From Patescibacteria group bacterium (GTDB lineage: Archaea > Nanobdellota > Nanobdellia > Pacearchaeales > GW2011-AR1), in NCBI GenBank assembly GCA_019428815.1, contig JAHYJW010000003.1, positions 20,617 to 84,616 on the forward strand: a stretch of 64,000 nucleotides of DNA, given 5' to 3'. The notes beneath the pieces were generated by a model. It made no database searches and had not been told where the DNA came from. It saw only the letters and a list, made by a program, of their open reading frames with translations. Made by a program: the position numbers and the translations under genes. Of the stretch, positions 30,429 through 40,951 are shown piece by piece; the stretch's first letter is position 1; the number at the start of each line of letters is the position of its first letter.

Positions 30429-31646
30429 TCAGTAGTAGCTTTCTCCAAATTCTTCTGTTTTTTGAGGTTTCTTTCCAATCAAAATTATCAATACAACAAG
30501 CAATACAACAAAAATTATTGCGAGTATAATTGTCAAAATAGCGATTGGGCTTGTAGAGCTTTTTCCTTCAAAATCTTTGCTAAACTGAACAGTCTCTATA
30601 AGTGAACCATCCATTCCAAATATGCTTACAGAGAAAGTTTGTGTTCCAGAGTTTTCTGACTCAGCTTCAAAAGTGATTGTCTTACTAGATCCTGCTGGTA
30701 CTGAAACAAGAGTTTCACTTGAGGATACAGATATTAAATCTGTAGATTGTGGAACAATCCTGTAAACAACAATCTCATTTGTAGGGTTTACAATGAGAAG
30801 CTGATCTCCTGAAACAATAAAGTTCCCTTGTGGAAATGCGTTTTGTATAGCAATTTGGATAGTTCTAGTTGAAGTAGTATCTTCACTTTGAACTTCGACT
30901 TCTAAGTTGTACAATCCTGGAGCAATACCAAATGGCATTTGAAGAAAGATCCTTCCAGAGACAGTATCTTTTTCATCTTCATGGCACTTTCTTGAGATAT
31001 CTACTCCCCAGTTGTCTTCAGAATCAATTCCAGATTCACATCTAACTGCTACAAGATCTCCAAAGAAAGATGTTCTTTGAATACCTAGTTCTGGAACTCT
31101 TACTGTAACAAAAAGGTCATTTAAGTCGTTATATCCAAGATTCTTCAAAACAATATCAACTGGGAAAAGTTCTCCAGCGCGAATAGTCTGGGGAGCTTCT
31201 ACAGAGATAATGTCTACGCTATAAGATTCTCTTTGAACTCTCAACTGGAATGTCTCTGCATAAACAAAGTCACCACCCTTTATCCTTATATTAAGGTCTG
31301 CATAACCACTAAGCTTTTGTCTAAGATCAAAAGGTACATCTAGGCTTAAAGTCTTATAATACCTATGTCCAGACTCAATATCAAAATGGCTTGTTTCTGC
31401 TTCAACACGTCTTCTATCGCCTTCAAGTTCTGCTCTTATTGTAACATCCTGTACATTAACAAGAGAGGTGAATTCAACTCTTATCAATAACCTTTCTCCT
31501 ACAACAACAGCAGGAGCTTGGTTTACATTGATTCCATTAACTTCAACTAAGATCTCTTTTCCAATATCCTGAGCACTTATCATGCTAGACAAGAATAGGA
31601 TGCTTACAAGCATAATAAAAGAAACCAAAAGGTTTGTTTTATTCAT
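30429..31646 (-). CDS. cell-surface protein (signal peptide, CARDB-like beta domains, C-terminal TM anchor); S-layer candidate
   Basis: N-terminal LVSFIMLVSILFLSSMISAQD. C-terminal PIAILTIILAIIFVVLLVVLIILIGKK. The body is acidic and Ser/Thr/Val-rich. The gene looks G+C-richer by eye than its neighbours. Confidence 0.6.
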   Translation of the reverse strand: MNKTNLLVSFIMLVSILFLSSMISAQDIGKEILVEVNGINVNQAPAVVVGERLLIRVEFTSLVNVQDVTIRAELEGDRRRVEAETSHFDIESGHRYYKTLSLDVPFDLRQKLSGYADLNIRIKGGDFVYAETFQLRVQRESYSVDIISVEAPQTIRAGELFPVDIVLKNLGYNDLNDLFVTVRVPELGIQRTSFFGDLVAVRCESGIDSEDNWGVDISRKCHEDEKDTVSGRIFLQMPFGIAPGLYNLEVEVQSEDTTSTRTIQIAIQNAFPQGNFIVSGDQLLIVNPTNEIVVYRIVPQSTDLISVSSSETLVSVPAGSSKTITFEAESENSGTQTFSVSIFGMDGSLIETVQFSKDFEGKSSTSPIAILTIILAIIFVVLLVVLIILIGKKPQKTEEFGESYY

Positions 31647-31855
31647 TTTACTTTTTTGTTTTTCCCATTTATTTTTTATTAGAAGACTAAGTCTCCTTAT
31701 AATTTTACAAACCCCAAAACTCTTTATAAACTTTATGGTGATAACAGAAAAGCTTCATTTAGTAGTACTAAATGAGAGTAACAATAAGGAACACCATTAT
31801 AAGAATATCAGAGAATCAATAGATATTCTAAATATCGTTAAAAAAATTTTTAAAT

Positions 31856-32665
31856 TTAACTTATCTTTGAATAAATACTAAGCCCTTCTATTGAATCTTC
31901 TAAGGGGGACTTACTTTCATTTATAATGATTATTTCCTTATTTTTGGGCAAGTTTGTTAAAAGGCTTTTCCATTCACTAACCTCTGTTTTCTTATGATTC
32001 TTCTCCCCTTTTTCACCGTAGTCTATTCCTGAAAAATGAATATGAATTTCATTTTCATCTTTAAAACTATCAAAAGTTTCCTTGAATTTATAGTCCCCAT
32101 ATCTTGCAAGGATATGAGCAAAGTCAATACAAAAACTACAATTAACTTCTTTGTACAACTTTTTTATTTCATCAATGCTTCCAAAAACATTAATTTTTCC
32201 CATAATCTCTGGAGCTAGTTTAGGGGTATAACCTTTAGATTCACACTCTCTTTTAAGGTCTAAAAGATTGTTTTTTATATTTTTATAAGCTTGAATTTTG
32301 TCACCCCCATAATATCCAGGATGAAAAACAACTCGGTGTGCCTCCAACCAAGTACCTACTTTACAACATTGAAGTACCCTTTCTTTACTCTTTTTTATTT
32401 TGTCCAAATCATCAGAATTAAAATTTATCCAGTAAGGGGCATGTATGCTCAATTTAATCCCTAAATTTTTTGCAAACTGTCCAATTCTCAATGCATCTTC
32501 TTCTTTAGTAATATATACTCCATGAGTAAAGGAAATTTCACAAGCTTTCAGACCCAAGTTGGCGTAGTTCTTTAAATTATAAAGAGATTCTTTTATGCCG
32601 CCCAAACCAGCTGGACCGAATAATACTCGGGATGATACTTGGGATTTTGACTCTTTTAATAACAT
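31856..32665 (-). CDS. endonuclease IV-like / xylose-isomerase-like TIM-barrel protein
   Basis: ACEISFTHG, LSIHAPYWINF, VVFHPGYYG, CIDFAHI and IHIHFSG resemble the metal-ligand His/Glu pattern of AP endonuclease family 2. Confidence 0.55.
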   Translation of the reverse strand: MLLKESKSQVSSRVLFGPAGLGGIKESLYNLKNYANLGLKACEISFTHGVYITKEEDALRIGQFAKNLGIKLSIHAPYWINFNSDDLDKIKKSKERVLQCCKVGTWLEAHRVVFHPGYYGGDKIQAYKNIKNNLLDLKRECESKGYTPKLAPEIMGKINVFGSIDEIKKLYKEVNCSFCIDFAHILARYGDYKFKETFDSFKDENEIHIHFSGIDYGEKGEKNHKKTEVSEWKSLLTNLPKNKEIIIINESKSPLEDSIEGLSIYSKIS

Positions 32666-32777
32666 CTTATTTAAAAAATTTTGAGATTAAATGTTTAATT
32701 GGTTTTTTAACAAAAATTACCCCCAAATTTGCAGTCCAAGTTCTTAAAACAAAGTAAAAACTCTTAGTTCTAAGAGA

Positions 32778-33977
32778 TTATACTGCTAAAAGTTCTGTTT
32801 TAGTATTTGTTGTTGTAAAATTCCTTGCTACAAAAATCTTAACGCCTAATTCTTCAGCAGACTCTAATGTTGCAGGAGTAGCAGTCCCATCAAGAATGAT
32901 AACTAAAGGAGATTCTTTTATTTTTTTAAGAACAATTCCCAAAGCTCTTGAAGAAACTTCTTTAATTTCCCTTAGATTATCATCTAATAAAATTGCTTTT
33001 CCTTTTCCTTTATTTTTTTCTGCTATCTCTTTAATCTTATCTCGTTCAACTTTACTAAAGGTTTTTTCTTGAATATTAGAATCCTTTTGGGAGCCAGAAC
33101 TAGAAGTTCTGGCTGAAGCAGTTTCTTTTTTTTCGTAGCTCTCCCTAAAGGATCTTTTAAGATTCTTTGATAAGAATTCTTCTGCGGGAACTTTTTTTCT
33201 TAAAGCTTGTAAGATTTCCTTAGCTACAAGTTCTTCAACTTCTTTACCATCTGGAGCAACGCAAACATATTTTATTCTTGCATTTTCAAGGACATTTTGA
33301 GCAATTAATTTTCCTCCCCTATCGCCATCTACAAAAAGAGTTATTTCTTTCTCTTCTCCAAGATCTTTTATCCCATTGGGTAATTTTGTCCCATTCATTG
33401 CAATAACGTTTTTAATACCTGCTCTTAGTAAATTTAAAACATCTGCACGACCTTCAACAACAATTAATTCTGATTCAGTTAAGTCTCCGTAAGGTAACTT
33501 TTCTTCACCATACTCTTTAACACCGGCAATTCTCCTAGAATCTTGAATTGTTCTTAAGATCTCTCTTGAATCACTTCCTTTACCAATTTCAGCCATTAAT
33601 TTTTTAGCTCTTTCAACAATATACTCTCTTTTGCTCCCTCTAACATCTTCAATTTTTTCTACTTCAACCTGCGCATCACAAGGACCAATCTTTTCTATTG
33701 TTTCTACTGCAGCTGCGATTAAAGTTGTTTCAGACTGATCGAGAGCTGTGGGAATATAAATCTTACCAGCAGTTATCTTATCTTTTCTTTCTAAATCCAC
33801 TTCGATTCTTCCAATTTTTCCTTCTTTTTGAAGTTCTCTCATCTCTAAATCTGCACCTAAAAGTCCTTCTGTTTGACCAAAGATGGCGCCTATTATATCT
33901 GGTTTTTCAAGTGCCCCTTCAACAAGAAAACTGGCATGAATCATATATTTTATAGATACTGGGCTTATTTTTGCCAT
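32778..33977 (-). CDS. dnaG: archaeal DnaG primase-like protein (TOPRIM)
   Basis: N-terminus KYMIHASFLVEGALEKPDIIGAIFGQTEGLLG. TOPRIM motifs LIVVEGRADV and LFVDGDRGG. Confidence 0.85.
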   Translation of the reverse strand: MAKISPVSIKYMIHASFLVEGALEKPDIIGAIFGQTEGLLGADLEMRELQKEGKIGRIEVDLERKDKITAGKIYIPTALDQSETTLIAAAVETIEKIGPCDAQVEVEKIEDVRGSKREYIVERAKKLMAEIGKGSDSREILRTIQDSRRIAGVKEYGEEKLPYGDLTESELIVVEGRADVLNLLRAGIKNVIAMNGTKLPNGIKDLGEEKEITLFVDGDRGGKLIAQNVLENARIKYVCVAPDGKEVEELVAKEILQALRKKVPAEEFLSKNLKRSFRESYEKKETASARTSSSGSQKDSNIQEKTFSKVERDKIKEIAEKNKGKGKAILLDDNLREIKEVSSRALGIVLKKIKESPLVIILDGTATPATLESAEELGVKIFVARNFTTTNTKTELLAV

Positions 33978-34216
33978 ATTCTATCTCCTAAGTTTAATTA
34001 ATTGAAACTTAATGTTTCAGAGAAATATACTAAAACTGATACTACAACTCATTTTAAACCCTTAAAGGGAATGTGAATCAAATTTAATGAACATGATGAT
34101 ATTAATGAATACAATGTCAATATCAATATATTTCTCAAGATATTTAGAATAAATTCGTTTTTAAGGTTTTCTATTAGGGAGATAAGTTTACTTAAGGATT
34201 TCTTTAAAGGAATATC

Positions 34217-34765
34217 CTAATTAGAAAATCCCAACCTTACCTTCTTTCCTCCTAATCTTTCATTAATATTTGAAATTTTTTCTTTAAATCCCTCTTTTTC
34301 TTTTTCAGAGGCGTTCATTTCCAAAAGTTTCTCATAAATCTTCACCGCATGAAACAACTTGTTACCCTCAAGAAACTTCTCTGCTTGGGTTTTATAAAAA
34401 TCTTTTATTGTGAGGTAAATTTCTTCTTTTTCAATAGAATTTGCTTCGTTCATAGCCTTTTTCATTGCAGCTTCTGTTTTTTGAAAATCATTTGACATAA
34501 TGTACCTTTCAGCCTCTTTTACATAATATTTCATTTTCTCAGAAAAAGTTAAAGAGAGCGTTCCAGCTTTACCATAATTTTTTGCGGATTCACTTAACAT
34601 TCCAATTTTCTCATAAACTTCTGCAAGTTTTAAGAAAATAAATTTCTTCATATCAATACTCGAAGATTCTTTTAAAAACCGATTTAAATAATCTAGTTGG
34701 ATATAATCCCCCTTTCCTTCAAGATTTTTTTCAATCTCTCTTTTAGTCATATTTTTATCTAACAT
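34217..34765 (-). CDS. hypothetical helical-repeat (TPR-like) protein
   Basis: 182-aa ORF, alpha-helical and K/E-rich with repeated A/Y/L spacing. No catalytic motif recognised. Confidence 0.4.
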   Translation of the reverse strand: MLDKNMTKREIEKNLEGKGDYIQLDYLNRFLKESSSIDMKKFIFLKLAEVYEKIGMLSESAKNYGKAGTLSLTFSEKMKYYVKEAERYIMSNDFQKTEAAMKKAMNEANSIEKEEIYLTIKDFYKTQAEKFLEGNKLFHAVKIYEKLLEMNASEKEKEGFKEKISNINERLGGKKVRLGFSN

Positions 34766-34920
34766 TATTCAATTGAGTTTAAAGGGTATTTAAAAATTAT
34801 TAATTTTCAGTACCAGCTCAAAAGACTAAATCAAAATTAAATGAGGCCTTAGAAAGAATTCCAAAATTTTTGAGAATAACAAAAGATAAAAGTTTTTAGG
34901 ATAAAATACCTTAAAAATAA

Positions 34921-36207
34921 CTAATTTTTCTTTTTTACAATCTCATTACAAATTCCTGCTGCAACTGTTTGACCTGCGTCTCTAACAGCAAATCTACTCA
35001 TATGAGGATTATCTTTCTGTATCTCTAGGCAAAGATTTCCTTGAGGCTTGATTCTAACTTTTGCACTATCTCCATTCTTTAAAAAGTCAGGATTTTTCTT
35101 TATAACCTCTCCTGTTCTGGGATCAATTTGCTCTATAAGTTCAACAAATTGGCAAGGAACTTGAGCTGTGTGAACATGGAATACTGGAGTATATCCCTTT
35201 GCTAAGACTGTTTGATGATTGATAACTGTTATTGTTGCAATGAACTCTTCAACAACACTTGAAGGTCTTGATGCTTCGCAGATAACATCCCCACGAGCAA
35301 TATCTTTTTTACCAACACCTCTAATGTTTATTCCAACATTATCCCCAGCAATTGCTTCTTTTAAACTTTCATGATGCATTTCGATTGTTCTAATTTCTCC
35401 TTCAATTCCTTTTCCAGTTCTACCAGGCAATACAACAACTTTTTGGCCAAGAGTCATAATACCTGTTTCTACCTTTCCTACAGGAACAGTACCAATTCCA
35501 GTAATTTCATACACATCTTGAACTGGCATCCTCATAGGTAAATCAGTAGGAAGTTTTGGTTCTGGAAATTGATCAAATTGTTCTACAATTGTAGGCCCTT
35601 TATACCAAGGCATTTTATCTGATTTTTTAGCAATATTTTCTCCTTTTAATCCTGAACAAGCAACAAAAGGTGTTACCTCGGGATTTATTCCAACTCCCTG
35701 AAGTAATTTCCCAACTTCTTCTTTAACTTTTTTGAATTTTTCCTCACTGTACTCTACAGCATCCATTTTATTTATTGCAACTGCAATATTCTTAACACCC
35801 ATTGTTCTTAAAAGCCATAAATGTTCAGTTGTTTGTGGCTGAACTCCTGCAGGAGCAGCAATAACTAAAAAAGCAGCATCTGCTTGACTTGCCCCAGTTA
35901 TCATATTTTTAACAAAATCTCTGTGACCAGGAGCGTCAATTATTGTGATTTGATATTTTTGTGTTAAAAGTTTCTTATATGAAAGATCAATTGTAACCCC
36001 TCTTTCTCTTTCTTCTCTAATTTTATCCATGACATAAGCAAACTCAAATCCAATCTTACCATGTTTTTCTGCTTCTTGTCTTAATTTAGCCATTTGTTGT
36101 TCAGAAACATTTCCGGTATCTAAGAGTAATCGCCCAACTACTGTTGATTTTCCTGCATCAACGTGTCCAACAAAGACCGCGTTCATATTTGGTTTTTCTT
36201 TAGCCAT
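34921..36207 (-). CDS. tuf: translation elongation factor 1-alpha
   Basis: GHVDAGKST, DAPGHRDF and NKMD GTPase motifs, 428 aa. Confidence 0.95.
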   Translation of the reverse strand: MAKEKPNMNAVFVGHVDAGKSTVVGRLLLDTGNVSEQQMAKLRQEAEKHGKIGFEFAYVMDKIREERERGVTIDLSYKKLLTQKYQITIIDAPGHRDFVKNMITGASQADAAFLVIAAPAGVQPQTTEHLWLLRTMGVKNIAVAINKMDAVEYSEEKFKKVKEEVGKLLQGVGINPEVTPFVACSGLKGENIAKKSDKMPWYKGPTIVEQFDQFPEPKLPTDLPMRMPVQDVYEITGIGTVPVGKVETGIMTLGQKVVVLPGRTGKGIEGEIRTIEMHHESLKEAIAGDNVGINIRGVGKKDIARGDVICEASRPSSVVEEFIATITVINHQTVLAKGYTPVFHVHTAQVPCQFVELIEQIDPRTGEVIKKNPDFLKNGDSAKVRIKPQGNLCLEIQKDNPHMSRFAVRDAGQTVAAGICNEIVKKKN

Positions 36208-36309
36208 TTTCTTTTTAAAAGTTTGTTAAGAAGTTTTAACAATGGTTAATAAAAATTTAGGTTTATAAAGTTTTTGTTTTAATAGTTTATAAAATAAACA
36301 CGACCTAAA

Positions 36310-36948
36310 TTATTTTTTATTTTTATTTTTAATAAAAAAATTATTTTTAAGCGCCGATAAAGAAAGGAGGATAATGGTTATTCCTAATAAATATGCACCA
36401 AATATATCTGTAATCCAATGAACATTTAAATAAACCCTCGTAAAACTCACAAAAAAGATTAATAAAAAATTCAAAAAAATAAATCCTATCTTAAAAATTT
36501 TATTTTTTATTTTGTCACTATAAAAATATATACACAGTGAAAAGAGGATAATTGAGAAAAGGGCATGCCCACTAGGAAAACTATATCCCCCTTGAATTAG
36601 TAACGGATTATTTGGTCGAGCTCTTTGTAAGATTAATTTTAAGATATTTTCTAATAAAAACCCTAAAATTAAACTCATTATTAAAACAAAAGATTCCTTG
36701 TATCTTTTTTCAATAAATAAATTAAATGACAAGACTAAAGCTGATAAAACAAGGATTATTGCGAGATATTCTCCAAAAAAGAGGAATATCTCTTCAAGAA
36801 AACCTCCCCATAAAGAACTAATTTTTTGATTTACTAAAAAATCTAAATTAAATAAAATACTTAAAATGAACATTAAAACAAAAAGAGAGATAATTAATAT
36901 CGGTAAAATTAAATTTTTTTTGAAATTTTTTTTATCGTTTTTATACAT
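36310..36948 (-). CDS. PAP2-family membrane phosphatase
   Basis: KLILQRARP, SFPSGHA and SRVYLNVHWITD are the three PAP2 motifs. Multiple TM helices. Confidence 0.8.
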   Translation of the reverse strand: MYKNDKKNFKKNLILPILIISLFVLMFILSILFNLDFLVNQKISSLWGGFLEEIFLFFGEYLAIILVLSALVLSFNLFIEKRYKESFVLIMSLILGFLLENILKLILQRARPNNPLLIQGGYSFPSGHALFSIILFSLCIYFYSDKIKNKIFKIGFIFLNFLLIFFVSFTRVYLNVHWITDIFGAYLLGITIILLSLSALKNNFFIKNKNKK

Positions 36949-37013
36949 TTTTAAAGAAAGAAGTTTAGAATTATAAAATTATCGATTAGAGGTTAAAGTT
37001 CTAAAGTTTAAGT

Positions 37014-39179
37014 TTATTGATTTTCGCTTAGTCCTTTTCTTTCTCTAATTCTTCTAACTACCTCTGGTTGAATACTTGCAGGAACTTTTTCAAAACTTTG
37101 GTTTAATAATGAAGATGTTCCTCTTCCTTCTGTTGAACTTCTCAAATCGTTACTCCAACCAATCATTTCTGCAACAGGGAGTCTTGCTTTCATTTCTGCT
37201 TGGGTACCGGTTTGATTAACTTCTAACATCTGTCCTCTTTTACTTCCAATAAGTTTTGTAACATCGCCTAAAAATCTATCCGGCATTTCAATGAGGTGTG
37301 TTTGTAATGGTTCAAGAATATAAGGCGCTGCTCTCTTCATTGATTCAACAATTGCTTCTCTAACTGCAGGATAAACTTGTGCTGGTCCTCTATGTATTGC
37401 ATCTTCATGGAGTTTAGTATCAACAAGAGAAACTTTAAGTTTCATAGAGGGTTCTCTTGCTAAAGGCCCTTGATCCATTATCATTTCAAAAGCGTCTAAG
37501 ACCATCTCTATGACCTCTCCGATATGAACTTCTCCTCGAGTCTCATCTAAAAAGACATTCCCTTTATAAATTTCTTTAACATCCCTGATTACATCACCAG
37601 ACCAACCTAAATTAGAAAGTACCTTAGACACTTCTTCGTTCTTCTTTTTCATTCTTCCTTCAGGAAGGTCTCCTTCTTTTATTGCTTCATAAACTTCATC
37701 CTCGAGAGGTGCAACTTTGATATAAAATATATTATGCTTATTTGGACTTCTTCCTTCTACAACCGGTGATTCTTTACCAATAGTCTCTCTATAAACTATA
37801 ATCGGAGAAGAAGTTCTTACCTCTAATCCTTTTTCTGTTTTTATTCTGTTTTCTATTATTTCTAAATGAAGTTCCCCCATCCCGCTCATAAGGGATTCTC
37901 CGGTTTGTTCATTTATTTCTATTCTTATAGAAGGGTCTTCTTTTTTTACTTGTTTTAATATTTCAACTAACTTTGGAAGGTCTGCTGCTTTTGTTGCTTC
38001 AATAGATTTGGTAACAACTGGCTCAAAAAGGTGTTTAATTGCTTCAAAGGGTTCTATAGGACCTTTACTAACTGTTTCTCCCGCAAAAACATCCTTTAAT
38101 CCGACAACGCCAATTACATTCCCTGCGCTTACTTGGTCTACGATAACTCTTTGAGCACCCTTATAAACAGAAACCTGTTGTATTCTAACTTTTCGTTTAG
38201 CAAGGTTCATATAAACTTCATCTCCTTGTTTAATTGTTCCTGAGAATAATCTTCCTGCAGCAATTTCCCCCGCATGTTTATCAACAACAATTTTAGTAGG
38301 AACAAAAACAGGGTCGCCCTTTGGAGAACAAGTTAATAATGATTTTCCGATTTCAGAATCCAAATCCCCATGCCAAATTTTGGGAATTCTATAAAGTTGT
38401 GCTTGAACAGGATTTGGATGATGTCTTATTACCATATTCAAAACAACCTCATGTAAAGGCGCTTTTTTTGCAAGTTCTCTAACCTGATCTTTTTCATAAG
38501 CATCAATAACATCTTTAAAAGTAAGACCTTTCTTTTTCATATAAGGAAAACTAAGCGCCCAATTATGAAATGCAGACCCAAAAGAAACTTCTCCTTCTGA
38601 AACTGCCACCTTCCATTTTTCCTTATATCCTTCGGGGGCTATATTATGAATCAATTCATTTACATGATTAATGACCTTAATAAAACGAGCTTCCATTTCT
38701 TGAGGAGTTAATTTAACTTCCTTAATGAGCCTATCAACTTTGTTCAGAAACAAAACCGGCTTAACGAGTTCTTTTAATGCTTGTCTTACAACCGTCTCTG
38801 TTTGGGGCATCACACCTTCAACAGCGTCAACTAAAATAATACATCCATCTACTGCCCTCATTGCTCTAGTAACATCTCCACCAAAATCAACATGACCAGG
38901 GGTATCAATTAAATTGATTAGATATTCTTGATTATCCAATTTATGAATCATACTAACAGAAGCAGAATCAATAGTAATCCCTCTTGAAGCTTCATCTGCA
39001 TGGAAATCTAATGCTAATTGTTTACCTGCAAGTTCTTCAGAGATCATTCCTGCACCAGATAAAAGATTATCAGAAAAGGTTGTTTTACCATGATCAATAT
39101 GCGCAGCAATGGCGATATTTCTAATTCCCTCTTGTTTACACATTAATTCTTGAATTTTTTTTGCTTTATCGTCTGCCAT
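37014..39179 (-). CDS. fusA: translation elongation factor 2
   Basis: AHIDHGKTT, DTPGHVDF and NKVD motifs. The diphthamide-site context HEDAIHRGPAQV is present. Confidence 0.95.
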   Translation of the reverse strand: MADDKAKKIQELMCKQEGIRNIAIAAHIDHGKTTFSDNLLSGAGMISEELAGKQLALDFHADEASRGITIDSASVSMIHKLDNQEYLINLIDTPGHVDFGGDVTRAMRAVDGCIILVDAVEGVMPQTETVVRQALKELVKPVLFLNKVDRLIKEVKLTPQEMEARFIKVINHVNELIHNIAPEGYKEKWKVAVSEGEVSFGSAFHNWALSFPYMKKKGLTFKDVIDAYEKDQVRELAKKAPLHEVVLNMVIRHHPNPVQAQLYRIPKIWHGDLDSEIGKSLLTCSPKGDPVFVPTKIVVDKHAGEIAAGRLFSGTIKQGDEVYMNLAKRKVRIQQVSVYKGAQRVIVDQVSAGNVIGVVGLKDVFAGETVSKGPIEPFEAIKHLFEPVVTKSIEATKAADLPKLVEILKQVKKEDPSIRIEINEQTGESLMSGMGELHLEIIENRIKTEKGLEVRTSSPIIVYRETIGKESPVVEGRSPNKHNIFYIKVAPLEDEVYEAIKEGDLPEGRMKKKNEEVSKVLSNLGWSGDVIRDVKEIYKGNVFLDETRGEVHIGEVIEMVLDAFEMIMDQGPLAREPSMKLKVSLVDTKLHEDAIHRGPAQVYPAVREAIVESMKRAAPYILEPLQTHLIEMPDRFLGDVTKLIGSKRGQMLEVNQTGTQAEMKARLPVAEMIGWSNDLRSSTEGRGTSSLLNQSFEKVPASIQPEVVRRIRERKGLSENQ

Positions 39180-39351
39180 TTTAATATTTTATTTTTTAAT
39201 TGAAATTTGAATCATAGAAGTTTAATTAAAAACTTAATGAGATATAATGAAATTATAAAAATTACTTTATAAAGTTTCTTATAAGAAAATTAGAAAATTT
39301 TTACTTGAATAAGAAAAATACTTTTACTAAAATTTAATTTATTTTTTAGTT

Positions 39352-39960
39352 TTATCTTGCAGAATCTGCTTGTTTTTCGGACTCAATTTTCTTTTTTATT
39401 GAATGACTTTCTTGATTCCCTTCAAAAGCTAAGATAATCTCTTCTGCAAGAGCTTGAGAGATATTTTTTTTCTTTCCAAAGGCTTTATCAGAAGCCCCCT
39501 GTACTAAATGTCTCAAAGAAAGGTTTACTCTCCTTGATGGTGAAACATCAACCGCCTGAGGATATCTTGCACCCCCATATTCAATAACCGTAATTTCATC
39601 TCTAGGAGCAGAGTTTTCAATTGCTTTTACAAAAACCTCCACAGGATTTTTACCGGTCTTTTTTTCGATTAATTTAAAAGATTCTAAAACAATTGCACAA
39701 TTCTTAGAATACTTTCCAGAAGATTTTCCTAAGATAACTTTATGTTTCTTACCCCTATGGCCTGCAACAGCAATTCTATTAATCAATCTCTCAACGATGT
39801 TTACTTTTGTTTGACCAAATTTTTGAACATTTCTTCCTTGACTTTTTAAAGCTAATTTTGGAGTTAAGTTTATAATAGCCTTTAAACCAATGTCTTGTAC
39901 TTCTATTCCTTCAGTATCATATAAATCAAAAATTTTGAATTTAATTTTTTGTTCTGACAT
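39352..39960 (-). CDS. rps7: ribosomal protein uS7
   Basis: 202 aa with NAPRDEITVIEYGGARYPQAVDVSP. It follows rps12. Confidence 0.9.
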   Translation of the reverse strand: MSEQKIKFKIFDLYDTEGIEVQDIGLKAIINLTPKLALKSQGRNVQKFGQTKVNIVERLINRIAVAGHRGKKHKVILGKSSGKYSKNCAIVLESFKLIEKKTGKNPVEVFVKAIENSAPRDEITVIEYGGARYPQAVDVSPSRRVNLSLRHLVQGASDKAFGKKKNISQALAEEIILAFEGNQESHSIKKKIESEKQADSAR

Positions 39961-39967
39961 TTTTTAT

Positions 39968-40390
39968 TTATCTCCTTCCCTTTTCAATTTTCTTTTGAAC
40001 TAGTCTCTGAAGAGGTTGGTCATTTACCTGTATAACCTGAAATCTAACTCCCGGGATGTCCCCCTTAGACCTTCCCTTGTTTCCCCCAATTCTCTCAATC
40101 ATTACCTCATCATGTTCATCAATATATTTTTGTGCAAGATTTCCGGGAATGAAAGCTGTTACAGATTTACCATTTTTAGTTAATTGAACTTTACAACATT
40201 TCCTCATAGCTGAATTTGGTTGTTTTGCTTCTTTCTGGACTTTTTGTAAAACAATTCCCTTTGCTTGATTAGCTCCTTCTAGGGGGTCTGATTTTGAATA
40301 AAGGCCTAAGGCTTTAACTTTATACCTTTTGTCTTTCCATCTAAATTTCTTTCTTGTTTTCTTTAACTTCAATGCATTTTTCAATCCCAT
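39968..40390 (-). CDS. rps12: ribosomal protein uS12
   Basis: [33 protein letters not shown] Shine-Dalgarno upstream. Confidence 0.9.
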   Translation of the reverse strand: MGLKNALKLKKTRKKFRWKDKRYKVKALGLYSKSDPLEGANQAKGIVLQKVQKEAKQPNSAMRKCCKVQLTKNGKSVTAFIPGNLAQKYIDEHDEVMIERIGGNKGRSKGDIPGVRFQVIQVNDQPLQRLVQKKIEKGRR

Positions 40391-40537
40391 GATTATATTC
40401 CTCCATAATTAATTGAGTATTCGGTTTTTAAAAGTTGTGATAAGTGTAAAAAATTTTGATTATTTATTAAGTATTATTCTATGGACAAAGATGAACGCAT
40501 TAAAATAGAAGAGATAGTCTTTTTCATTATTTTTAAA

Positions 40538-40951
40538 TTAGATTATTTTAAATTGCATCCCAAAGAAATCTTTTACTACTTTTTGCATTTCGTAAAGTCT
40601 TCTTTTATTTCTTCCGATAAGAGCTGCTTTATTGCTTCCCCCTGAGATAATTATCTCATTATCTTTTACTTCTAAACTTTTAAAAGTAGTTGGACTTATA
40701 ACGGCTTTTATAAATCCCTCGATATCTTTAGAACCTTCTGGTTGAGAAACAACCTTTATTCTTTTTCTCAAAATTTGACTCATCTTCTTTATATTTTTTC
40801 CTTCTGGACCAACTGCTTTAGCTTTAAGATGTTTCGGAACACAAAATACAATTGCTTCATTATAATTAAAACAAAAACGAGTTCTTACCCTCATTATTTT
40901 TTCAAATAGATTCAGATACCTCATATCTTGCATTTCTATTGTATTAGCCAT
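40538..40951 (-). CDS. nusA: archaeal NusA-like protein (two KH domains)
   Basis: 137 aa with GPEGKNIKKMSQIL and IGRNKRRLYEMQKVV KH-type GxxG regions. It lies between rpoA and rps12. Confidence 0.8.
   Translation of the reverse strand: MANTIEMQDMRYLNLFEKIMRVRTRFCFNYNEAIVFCVPKHLKAKAVGPEGKNIKKMSQILRKRIKVVSQPEGSKDIEGFIKAVISPTTFKSLEVKDNEIIISGGSNKAALIGRNKRRLYEMQKVVKDFFGMQFKII

Noticed and set aside
31582-31881. 99-aa plus-strand ORF.
   Set aside because: It spans the 5' end of the surface-protein gene in antisense and the intergenic region. It is low-complexity and unsupported.
34085-34150. A possible C/D-box sRNA, with ATGATGA at about 34093 in the dnaG upstream region.
   Set aside because: There is no downstream CTGA D box at appropriate spacing and no terminal stem.
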